Assembly: GCA_026026165.1 (NCBI GenBank)
Contig: JAPEUD010000020.1
Span: 310,001 to 349,540, forward strand
Direction: 5' to 3'
DNA length: 39,540 nucleotides
From: Sarea resinae
Taxonomy: Eukaryota
Each line of letters starts with the position of its first letter. Position 1 is the stretch's first letter. The notes beneath the pieces were generated by a model, which was given only the letters and a program-made list of their open reading frames with translations, searched no databases and was not told where the DNA came from. Of the stretch, positions 25,921-37,733 are shown piece by piece. Made by a program: the position numbers and the translations under genes.

Positions 25921-26070
25921 ACAATAATCTACTGCCTAATAATCCTCTAAATAATAATCTGCTACCTAATAATCCTCTAAATAACAATCTGCTACCTAAT
26001 AATACTCTATATAATAATCTGCCACCTAATAATACTCTATATAATAATCTGCCACCTAATAATTATCTAT
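25921..26070 (+). repeat. 30-bp tandem repeat x5 (Pro/Asp-rich peptide repeat after de-RIP)
   Basis: Unit approximately ATAATAATCTGCYACCTAATAATMCTCTAW, following an acidic tract. Confidence 0.9.
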
Positions 26071-29000
26071 ATAGCATAGAACATTGTCTGCCTAGTAAGT
26101 ACTAGAATAATAGGTAATAACCTCTACTAACTTTTGTCCTTACTTTATAGGCCTCTAAGACCTTAGTGCTTTTGCTAGCAAATAGTATAACAAATTAGAG
26201 AGAGTAGATAACCTAATTAAGAGAATAAACCTAGTGATAGCAAAACGCTAAACAGTTATTTAAAATAGTCTAGCAATTTAACATAACACACTCTAAATGT
26301 AGAAGGATATAGCAGCTATATTCCTTATTTCTAAACATATTGTATTAACAACCTAAATACCTATAAAGCTACTGTTCCTTTAAGCACCTATTTAACTACT
26401 ACTATATTAAGCTACAGCTATTATGTTTATATTACGCAATAAAAGCAACAGAATTAGAGAGGGGTTTTTAGCAGATAGAATAGGGTTTAGAAAGGTGTGT
26501 GTCTGCTGTAATATCTCTTTAATATGTACTTAAATTAATAGCTAATGCTTAATCTACTAGCAGACACTAATAACGTTAGCTCTTATTACTACTTTATAGA
26601 CCTTATACTATAATCACTTAGATATAATAAAGAGTTAGCAAATCTATAACAGAAGATATCTAAGGGCTAGTAGTAGGTATTATCTGTATAAGACTTTAAA
26701 TATTATATAACATTTTACTTACACTTATATTTGTTAGACAATATAGATAACAATACTAAATACAGCGTTAAGTGTTCTAGTAACAACTCTTATAAGATAT
26801 AATGCCTATATTAACTAGGATCTATAACCTCTTAAATCACTGTAGATAAAAGAGTGAATATAGTTATATACCTAGTATATCTTACTTGTATATAGGTAAT
26901 AGAATACTAAAAGTCGTTCACTATATAATAGATTGCTAAGAACCTAATAGTTCTTAAGCATAGCTAATAGGAATATAAGTTTACAGACTTAATAGAAACA
27001 GACTCTAGTAGCAAACACATAAGATTAAATATTATCCTAGTGATATTGTTTAAGTGTTTATAACTTTGCTGCAATTTGTAGGCAGAAACTTGATTTTAGC
27101 AGATAGTAGTAAATAAGGCGCATATTATTAAATTAAAGAACACTAACCTAATCTAAGACCTAACTACCTTAAGACAAAGCTATAAGGAACACTAGCCTAT
27201 AATGTAGTTCCTCTCTAGCACTCTATTTATTATGCCTAGAGACTTAAGAGAGAAGGTAAATATTCTTATATATACTTAATAGATAACTAATCTCTCTTGT
27301 ATTAGATAAAAATGCTTGCCTAAAAAGTTAGACTTTATTAAAAGTCAGTACAAAAATCTATTTAATTGTATAGCAAAACCTAACAGACTATAACTGCCTC
27401 TTACTAATAAAGACTTTAATTAATATGCCTAGAATTTTATTAGCTTCCTTAGTGTGCTAATAATCTAATAGGATAAAAATGCAGTTAACTTAGATAGCTA
27501 CCTGCTAATTAACCTCTTACTATTCTACAGATATAAATTATTAGTCTAGTTTAGCAATAACTGCTAGAAGATAGTATACAAACAACAACAAGCTATTATA
27601 GTAGTAAGAACAAACTAAATTCTAGAGTTAAATAAAGGATAACGCATTACTTTAATAATATATTTCTAATATATATAGCGACTACAAATTATCTCTTTAT
27701 TCCTAGGCCTTACCTACTCTAATCTAGCTAGGTTAGACTAGAGCTTATTAAGCGTTAGGTCTATAGCTACTAAGGATTAGGAATTATATCTGTTGTATAA
27801 TAATCTAGAAATACTTAGCTAGTTATTCTCTAAATTAAAAGTACTAGATAATCTTATTAATAATATAGGAGTGAATTTAAGGATAGAGAGTAAAAAGATA
27901 GTTATCTTTACTATATTCCTAATCACAGCCTTTATTATTATAATAGTAAGTAGTATTTATCTACTAGATAATATACTTAGGCTAATAGCAGATATATAGT
28001 AGATAAAATATATTAGATACAAGCTAGTTGCTCTATTCTATAGTAGAATCTCTATAGCAAAGCGCTTAAGGTTAGTAGAACAATTCTAAGGCACTATAGA
28101 TATATTCTCTAGCTTAGAACCTTTTTACTTAGTTAGGACAATAGGTATAATATTACTAGGCTTAACCTTAATTCGTGCAAATCTAGCAGTTGTCTTTAAA
28201 CCTAATTATATAGACACCTCTAAGTAATAAGCACTTAATAGAGTTTACTATATTAGCTAGTATAGCAAGGTGAGTTTGTATTAATTTATTAACACTAAGT
28301 CTGCAATTAAGAATATACTTATAGCTACCTAGAGGTTAAGAGGTATCTTAAATAACATAGCCTTAAAGAAGAACAATCTGCTAGTTCTGCTACAAGTTAA
28401 AGTTAAGATTAGTAATAAAGATAATATAGATACTAAAGATAATAACCCTTACTATTAACCCTATAATATATAAAGAAGATAAAGACAAATAGAACATGTA
28501 ATAAACACAGCTAACATAAGTTTTTATTTAATTATAGACAACTTTATAATACTAAAAGCAGTAGATATATATGTCTACTACTCTTAAGACTATTATCGCC
28601 TACTCTTCTACTATACTCTATTCTAGCAGCCTAGTAAGGATTGCAGCAATAGTTAGTTCTAAACTATAAGTGTCTTCTAGATAACTTTAATAAGGTATAG
28701 AAGCTAATATCTGCTAATCTACTTTAAGTTAGTCTCTTTTATTCTATTTAGTGTTGTTTTAATTAGTCTAAGCATGTATAAATCTAAATTAATTATATAA
28801 GTTGTCCTAATAGCAATATAATTGTCTGTTAATTTGTAAAGATATAATTTAAGTAATAATACTTATCTCTACTTAGACTAACAATTCTCTCTCTCTTTAA
28901 ATTCCTATTTAACACTAATATCTCCTACACACTAAACTCTTAGCTATCTAAATCTACTCTATATAGAGAAGCTAGTAACTTTTACAATGCCTCTTAAACA

Positions 29001-31363
29001 ACTCTAGACTTATTCCTAGCAAGATATTTAGTCTGCTAAGGAATAAAAACTTAACTACTTTACTAATAGTAATACTTATTTCTATCTCTACTTATCTAAT
29101 CTATGCTAAACAAAGTAGTTGCCTTCTATAATACTTGCACTTAATAAAAGACTACTACTAAAGGACTAAATATAGTTTAAATCTAGTGATTGCTACTACT
29201 ACTTCTCTAGTCTAAGAGCAACTATAGCTAATGTTATTAGATAGCAATAAAGAGAATTATAAGCGAGCTATAATATCTCTAATATAAAGCCTACCTAGTT
29301 AGTTATCTAATGTTAGCGCTATATCTGCTGCTAAAAACGCAGAAGATAGTAATAATTCACTTAATCTAATAACATAGAATACACCTACTTAGAGAAGAGG
29401 ATATTAGTTAGACAGCACTAAGGGTCTAGAAAGTTAACTTATACTAGCAACTCCTAATAGCTAGATAAGTACACTAATAGATAAAGAAGTATCTAGGCGC
29501 AATTGTCTGCCTAGAAAGAATCTAAATAAATAAGAGTGTCTTTATATAATAAGAAGACAAATAATAAGCCTTAAGCTAAATCATATTAAAGTGAACTTAG
29601 TTAATTGCAAAGAGAGTACACTAATAAGCAGACAATATATATCTAATAACACCTAGGCTACCTTATACTTAGTAGAACAGCAATAAATAAGTAGTAAGGC
29701 AAATTAAACTGTAAGAGAATTACCTATAAGATTCTAAGATCTTCTAATAGATAGACATCCTATATATAGGTCTACTACTAGTTAGAAGGCAGCAAAACAA
29801 ACTAACTAAAGAGATATCCTTTAGAAGCTTAACCTTTTTAACAGATAACTACTAGAAAAGCTTTATATATAAGATCTATTAACAAACACTTTCTAGAACA
29901 GATTATTAATACTACCTCTACTATTATTAGCAAGTCTTACTCTTAGAGTACTTGTTTTTAATTTTACTTATAGATAATAGGTTCTAAGTAATAATAAAGG
30001 ACTCTTATCCTCTAGTCTCTATTCTAGAGCAGTTAGTAATAACTTAGACTCTACCTCTACACATGTTTTTAATAAGATAGACACACTAAGAACGCTACAC
30101 TAATTATCTAGCACTCTATAAACGTTTATAAATAATTAGAGTGTAGGTTTAAGTTAGCTTCCTACACTAGATATAAGAGCATATGTAAAGGTTTAAGTGT
30201 ATTTAAAAGAGTGCTATCTACACTATAGGTATTAAGATATTTATCTAATAGCTAAAGTAATAATAAAAATATATGTTATTACTTAGAACTCTTTCTTAAA
30301 AAGCAATAGTATAGCTACTATCTATGCTAATATATAGGACTAGGCTTATATAAAGGCAAAGGCAATTAAGATAGAGTATTAATTTCCTTATCCTATTAAA
30401 GACTCTAAACAATATAAAATAGAGCTGCCTGTATATATTAAACCTATAGTAAGTAAGACTATTAAGTAATATTTCTACTATCTACCTACTAACTCTAAAT
30501 AATTAAATCTTATTAGCTATTAATTAGAATAAGCTAGTAATAAAGATATATTGTATTATAGTGTTATTAACTAGTAGTAGACCTGTATAATCTGCCTCTT
30601 ACTAAACTAGAACAACTTAAAAGGAAAGTAAGTCAACTACTAGATTAAGATAGTTTTAACTGTTAGAATATATCTATTTATATACAAATCTCTCTACTTG
30701 TTTGTTAGACCGCCTCCTAGACTTCTAGCTATAGTAGAGTAGGTAGGAATAGCATAATTAAATAGGCTAGTGCACTGCAGCGTGCTAGCGTCACTCTAGC
30801 GATGCAGAACTAATACTATAGATATAGATATTGCTAGTAGGCACTGACTTTGTAATTGCACTAAACGCTAGCCCTAATAGCTAGCGCCTCTATTAATCTA
30901 TATAACTAATAACCCTGCTTAGCTTACCTAAACGTTGCTGAACCACACTAGGTGGTTACCCTGCGCTGCGCTAAGCTGCATACAGCACCCTTATTAGTAG
31001 TAGCCTTTACAATTACCTTCTCTCCTAGGACCTAGTCCTCTAGGTCCTTTGTTCGCGATGTATAACATTATAGTGTTAAGTCTTTGTCTTGCTAGCGCCT
31101 TAGTGGCGTTGCTATTCGCTGCAAACAGTGAATTTGTGTAGATAACAAAGAGAGTTCTTTGTCCTATTTGCTTAGTTTACTAAACGCTGCGCTAGGGTGG
31201 TAGCAGTGAATAGATAGAGTGAATGCTTTAAACTGTCTGCATTAGGCATTCTCTCTATCGCTTAGAGGTCGCTTAGCTATAGGTGTGTAGGTATAAAACG
31301 TAGGTGATCTAGTGCGCGCGCGCATAATCAAACTTTTTGCACCACGTTTTAGGTACATTCTAT

Positions 31364-32061
31364 ATGCCTATTATAAATCCTAGACGCTTTGCCGCGCCTC
31401 TACCACGTGTGAACCAGCCTGCCGCCGCCCTCTAAAAGCCTGTAGAACTGAATCAGGACGTCTGCCTCTGCTACGCTAAGGTTATTAGGTCTACGCTAGA
31501 TATTGTCTGTACAAAGGCCTTATTAGCTGCAAAGTGCACACAATATACTTAGTTGCATAAGAAGTGTAGTTAGGTAAGTGACTCCTACATAGTGCTAGCC
31601 AGGCTCTAACCTAGCGTGCTAAAGGTGCCTACAGTCTTCTGCAAGCGCCTGAACTAGCTTACTAAGGCGGCTAATGTAGTGGTTAGCTACGCTAATAACA
31701 ACTCTACTAAGGAGCTGTTAGCCGCTGCGCTCTGCGATCTACAGAGGCGATTCACTTGCTAGGTCAAAGTCTATATAAACGCTGCTAACAAGCACCTGTC
31801 TAATAACGCGCTCTATATAGCTATAGCGACAGAACGACTTGCTAATAGCGTTAAAAGCCTTAATAATATCCTCTAGTTTGCTGTAAGTCGCATGTAGAAC
31901 GCTAGCAATGCGACAGCGCTAACCTAGTCATCTAGTTCGATTTGCTATCTGTTACACGCGCAGGTAAGAGTGACAATAAGGATAATAACAATACAACTGC
32001 GCCTCTAGAGAGGTCTAGCAATCAGGCTAGTCAGGGCTAGGCAGGGCAGACTAGTTAGTGA
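31364..32061 (+). pseudogene. Antisense spliced accessory gene in the gypsy 3' region, Zn(II)2Cys6-like
   Basis: ATG 31364. Pattern C-x2-C-x11-C-x8-C-x2-C-x6-C from 31463 (two Cys read TAC/TAT, RIP-type). Phase-0 introns 31574-31624 and 31883-31935 with GTAAGT donors and CTAAC branch points. Acidic tail. Confidence 0.7.
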
Positions 32062-32619
32062 TAGGATAGTAGTTCTTTCTGTTTCCTTTGTATACTAGAT
32101 AGCTTTAGGTTCGCGCTAGGACAGCGCTAGAGGTTAATTTCACTTTTCTTTTCTATGACTTTATCTCCTCTTATAACTGTAGCATTGTAGCCCTATAGCC
32201 TAATAGCCTTCTACAGAGACTGTACGCTGTTAGCATACAATCGCATCGCAGGCCTACCCCTACATTAGCTCGCTAAAACCACCTAAAAACCTTTGTAGGT
32301 AAAAGAGGTAGAAAGAGTTCTAACAGCAGCTCCTTACTAGTGCTGCAACAGCGTGTCCTTTCTAGGACAGCTGCAAGGTCTCTTTCTTGCAATCACCTAC
32401 AGCTTTAGGCTATACTTCTATAGCCTTCCTTGTAGGCGTTTCGTTACTAGCATCTCTAGGCTAGCTAGGGGTTCCTTATAGGGTAGTAGATTCTTCCTTA
32501 GGCAGCCTCTTAGCCTCTTAGCTGTCGCCTCTACAGCGCTATCACTAAGCAGTCGCTTCCTTAGTTAACTGCAAGGCTTAGTTAACAGCACACTAGCATC
32601 CTATTCCTTGTTCGCTAGG

Positions 32620-35600
32620 CCTCTATGCTAGTTAGAGAGTAAGTGCTGTTTATAATCCTATACTAGGTCTATAGCGTTTGCTAGGTGCTCTGCTAGCTCC
32701 TAGCTAGTATTATCTACTAGAGCTCCTTTCTACTTAACTAGATATTGTTGTTCTCTCTTAAGTACTCTATAGCCTAGGATTTTCTTAACAATCTACTTAA
32801 CCTAGCTATTAACTAGCTTAAAGTGCTAGTGAAAGGTATTGCTGTCGCTGTAGTAGCGCTTAAGCAGCGACATATGAAATACAAGGTAGATAGATCTATA
32901 AGCCTTAGAGAGCTATAACTAGTAGGCTTGCTTGCCTATAGAGTTAAGTACTACAAATAGGCCTATATAGCAGTGCTCTAACTTCTTGCTCAGGCGTATA
33001 GTGCTAAGGTTGCGCGCTGACAGCATAACTCTGTCGCCTCTTTTGTATTGCATTAGCTTATGTTTCTTATTATACCACTTAGCTTAGTACTGCTATGCCT
33101 TAGTAAGATCCTCTTCTAGTCTTTGTCTTACCTCTTAGAGGACGTTAAGGCGCTTGTTCGCCGCTAGCACCTCTCTCTCTATAGCATTGTCTGTGATATT
33201 AAGTTGCAGATCTAGGTTATAGCTATATAGGGCATAAAAGAGTGACATTCCTATAGATAAATGTATGCTATTATTGTATGCATACTTAGCTATAGGTAAC
33301 AGCAGAGCCTAGTCGTCCTAGCAGCTGCTTATATAGCACTGCAGGTAGTGTTCTAACGTCTAGTTTTGCCTCTTAGTCTAGCTATCTGTCTGCAGGTAGA
33401 AGGCAGTGCTAAGCTAGTTCTTAATTCGCATTTAATAGCATATCGCTAACTAAAACTTGCTTGCAAATACACTGCCTCTATCTGATACAATGCGCTTCAG
33501 ATTGCTATACGCTGTTGTCACAACGTCGACAAATATATCTGCAAGCATAGCAGCATTTAGATTTGTTTGGCATAGAATATATTTCGCTATCTTTGTATAG
33601 CAGTCAACTACTACTATTATTATGTCACAGGCCTTGCAATCTCTTATGTTGCTTAGCAGCAGGCCTGTCACAAAATCTATAGTGATTTCTTTAAACAGCT
33701 AGTAGGGCATAGGTAACGACTGTAGCTCGCTATATAGGCGATGCCTAGGCACCTAGACCCTTTAACATATATTGCACTCATTGATATATTCTTTGACATC
33801 CTTAGCTAAATTAGTCTACTAGTATTTACGCTAGATCACCTCTGTCGTTCTCTTAGCGCTAAAGTAGCTACTAAACAGGTTATTATAGTTTATCCTTATA
33901 ATTTCTAACCTAATAGCCGCATCACGCGGCATATATACTTTGCCTTCTAGGTGTAGCAGGCCTATAGAGTCTATTTTCCACTTTTCTTAGCCTGTAACCT
34001 CCTTAGTAGGAATGCTTTTAATCTTTTCCTTAGCGAAATAATCTTTCTACTAAGTCCTAAGGATAACGTTAAGCAGCTAGCCTGTTAGCAGGTTGTACGC
34101 TCTTTTATTAGCAGCTGCTTTATACACTGCTTGTCTTATATAGAGGTGTTTAAACTCATCTCTTAATGCTGGCTCATTAGCATTGTTATTTAGGCTAGGC
34201 CTAGGTGTCACTCTAGTGCCTCCTTATCGCTCTTTAACATTAGGCTAGGTTTTATCCTATAACCTAGAAGGGGTTTTAATCCTTTGTAGATGCATATTAT
34301 CCTTTGCGCTTAGACTAGGTGTTATCCTAGCGCGCTGCTGTCGCTTATTAACAGTAGGCAGAGTGTTATCCCCTAACCTAGAGGGGTTTTTAATCCCTTA
34401 TAGATGCACATTATCCTTTAGCGTATTAGCGCCTATTTTGCCTAGATGCTTATTATCTGTTCTAGCAAGAAGGTTTTAGATCACTAGCGTAGTGCTGTCT
34501 CTCTTTAACATACGCAGGTTCTGCAGCTTCTGCTGCAGAGTAAGAAGCATTACTTCTAGACCCTGTGTCTTTACCTTGTAATCAGGGCGCCACAACAGCC
34601 TGTCAGCTAGATTAGCTTTCCCTGCTCTATATACAAGTTTAAAATCATACGCTGCTAGCTGTTCAGCCTATCTAGCCTAGCAATAGGTTAACTCCTTTGT
34701 TGTTATAAAGTAGCGTAGATTTGCATAGTTAGTTAAGACCTTAATAGGGTAATTAGCCTCTTCTAAGTAATAGCGCCATTGCTTAAAAGCTATTACAATA
34801 GCTAGCAACTCTAAGTCATGCACTTTATATCTCGATTCAGTATTAGTAAGCTTTCTAGACTAGTATGCAACTAGGTGCCACCTTAACGCTGTTGTCACGC
34901 CTTGTTTATCCTTGACTAGCTAGGATAAAATTGCTGCAACAGCAAATCTAGAAGCGTCTGTTTCTACTTGTATCTGCCTCTTTAGATTGTAGTAGCGCAG
35001 TATAGGCGCCGTTGTAAAAGCTTCTTTTAGGGCTTTAAATACTTCCTTAGCTTCCTTAGGGAAGTAGAATAGACTGCTTTTCTTTCTGTTCTTACTCCTA
35101 GCAAGCAGGCTAGTTAACAGCAGCGCTTTAACAGAGTATTTCTCTATAAACTGTTAGTAGAAATTCGCGAATCCTAGGAAGACTTAGAGGTTATAATAGG
35201 TCTTAGAGGCTAGCCACTCTTTTATAGTGTCTACCTAGCTCTTCTCTATCGCGATACTATTAGTCCTAATAACAAATCCTAAGAAATCAACTTCCTACAC
35301 TCTAAAGACACATTTTAAGGGCTTTGCATATAGGCTATAGGTTGATAGCTGTTTAAGGACCTAGCGTACATGCTTCTTATACTTATTAGGTGAATTAGAG
35401 TATATAAGAATGTTGTCTAGATAGACAACGCAGCAGACGTTAACTAGGCCTTATAACGCATAATTAATATAGCTCTGAAATGTAGCAGGTGCATTAGCTA
35501 ATCTAAAGGGCATAACCTTATATTCGAACTAGCTGTAACAAGTGCAGAACGCTGTCTTATACTTGTCGCCTTTGCAGATCCTTATGCAGTAGTAGGTATC

Positions 35601-37733
35601 TCTTAGGTCTAGTTTCGAAAAAACTTTAGCACTGCTTATTTAGTCTATAAGCTTAGAAATAAGGGGTAATAGGTATTGATTCTTAATAGTGACCTTGTTT
35701 AACGCCTAGTAGTCGACGCAAAGTCGCAAGCTACTATCCTTCTTAGGCACAAACAAGATTAGCGCACTAATAGGGCTTATAGAGAGGGTAATCTACCCCT
35801 TCGCTAAGCTGTTGTCTAGGTAGGTCTGTAGGATACCTAATTCTTTCTAGGATAATAGATATATAGGACTATAGAGAGGGTCTTTACTCTCTAACTTAAT
35901 AGTATAGTTAGCTAGGCTATGCTTAGGAAGCTAGCTAGCTTCCTCTTTACTAAAGACAGAAGCAAATTCCTTATACTATTTAGGTATCTCGTCACTAGCG
36001 CTGACCTAGCGAAGCTTCACTGCCTCTACAGGTTTAGGCACTACTATAATCCCTTAGCAGTTTAGCTGACGTTTCTTCTAATGTTCCTTGCTAAGCCTAG
36101 GCTTATCTATAGGCTTAACATAGCTGAATTTACCTTCTAACTAACGCATATTGTAGCGGTATAAGGACAGCTATAGATACCTAAGCAAGAATAGAGGACT
36201 ATTAAAGTCGCAGGCAAGGAACTAGCACTACACTGTCTTCCTTATGCTATTACTATTAGCGACTTGTATTTCTAATTAGTGTTAGCTGTAGATCGCTACT
36301 CGCAAGCCGTTCACTATTACTGCGCTAGGTAGCTGCCTAAGCTTAGCCTTAGAGATCCTATGCTCCTTAATCTATGATTGCAAAACTAGAGAAGCTTCTA
36401 CTCCTAAGTCAATTAAGGCAGTGCTATCTGCTGTACTACTAGGGGTGCAAATAGTTAGCGACGTCTCTAATTTCAGGGTTAGAGCTTCTTAAGGTTCTCT
36501 TACACTAAGATAGCAAATAGTGTAGGGTTCTAGCTCTAGTTATAAAGCTAGCGTAGGCCTGTTGTTGCGTTTGTTCTTGCAAGTAGAAGCAAAGTAGCTC
36601 TCTTAGCTACAGTTTAGGCAAAGGTTGCCTTCTTACTTGCAGCAATACTCCTTGTTAGGGAGCTGTTAAGGCCACTGTATAGACTTATCGCCTTTATTAT
36701 CCTTAGGCTAAGCAGAAGTTTTTTGTTCTTACAGAGGTAGGCTTTTGCCCTTGCGTTTAGTAGGATTAAACTTTTGTTTAGTTCCTTGTTTGTTCTAACT
36801 CCTTCCTTTCTCTGCGCTATCGCTATGCTGTCGCTTATTGTCTAGCTTAGATAGATTAGAGTTCTTATTCTTATTCCTTTTATTGCTTATACAAAGGAGT
36901 TCCTCTACTTGATTTGCTAACGCTACAGCAGCGCTCTACTTTTGTAGTATTAGCAGGGTTTAGAGCAGTTCCTAGTAAATTTCACTTTAGATCTTAGTAT
37001 AGAACAAGTTGCATCGCTGCTCTTTAGAGATGTCTTATCCTCCTAGCACTTCTAGTTTAATCTGTTCTAGGAAAGCTGCAAAGCTATTAATACTCTAGTG
37101 CAGCGCCTGCGTAGCGTTATAGTATAGCTATGATATTAAACCACCTTGATTTACTAGATCTTCTACTTAGTCTAGCAGGAATAAGACAAATTTATCCTAG
37201 GTATAGGTGTCTTTTCTAGTAGATTCTTTAACCTAGTGCTACGCTAGCGCTGGTTTGTCTTTCAGGTACTGCATAGCATATAGCACCTTTGCTACATTAT
37301 CACTTTTGTCTGCAATAGCACCTAGTTAGAACGCTATCTTATAGGATCAGACAAATTCATTATACTCCTTAATTGTCTTGCCTGTAAATAGCTCTAGAGC
37401 TTGGATTTTAGTCTAGTTAGTGATGCAAGGTGCTAGCGTAGCAGCTGCAAGGCCCTGTTCTAGCTGCAATGCTTACGCAAGTGCTTGTAGTTGCTGTTCT
37501 GCATAGAACTAGGCTATCTCTCTCTAGAGTTAACAATATTAAGCCTGCTGCTCTTTAGCGTCACGCTCTTGCTGTATTTAGTCTAGCAATTAATTAGTAA
37601 TCTAGTTAGAGACAGGCTCCTTAACCTTACCTTCTGCCTAGCTCGCTACTGTCTCGCTATTATCTCTATTAGCTCTCTTACCTAGCAGAGTATTAGGAGC
37701 CCTTATAGTATTACATGTATTTATTGTCGCTAT
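32620..37733 (-). pseudogene. Gypsy gag and pol relics
   Basis: Zn knuckle CLNCGQEGHFASTC about 36600; protease ALIDSGA about 36410; RT VYLDDILIYS about 35415; RNase H VETDASGFAV about 34960; integrase IVSDRGSVF about 33480; chromodomain QYLVKWKG about 32740. Confidence 0.92.

Larger units (their letters stand above)
24915..28490 (+). pseudogene. SNF2-family (SF2) helicase/ATPase with long Q/H/P-rich and acidic N-terminus (RIP-inactivated)
   Basis: De-RIP motifs: GGFLADGMGFGK|intron|TL (26460-26570); IVVDEAH (27103-27123); WFLSGTP (about 27205); PKLKVL..KMVIFT (27830-27912); GLTLIRANLAVVFEP..EQQALDRVHRIGQ..V.LY (28160-28285). Ends approximate. Confidence 0.85.

Noticed and set aside
30661..30670. 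TGTTAGAAT as the start of another copia LTR
   Set aside because: Similarity ends after 9 nt; the TAG fits an intron acceptor better.
33450..33671. 73-aa ORF as an independent gene
   Set aside because: Stop-free fragment of the gypsy integrase.
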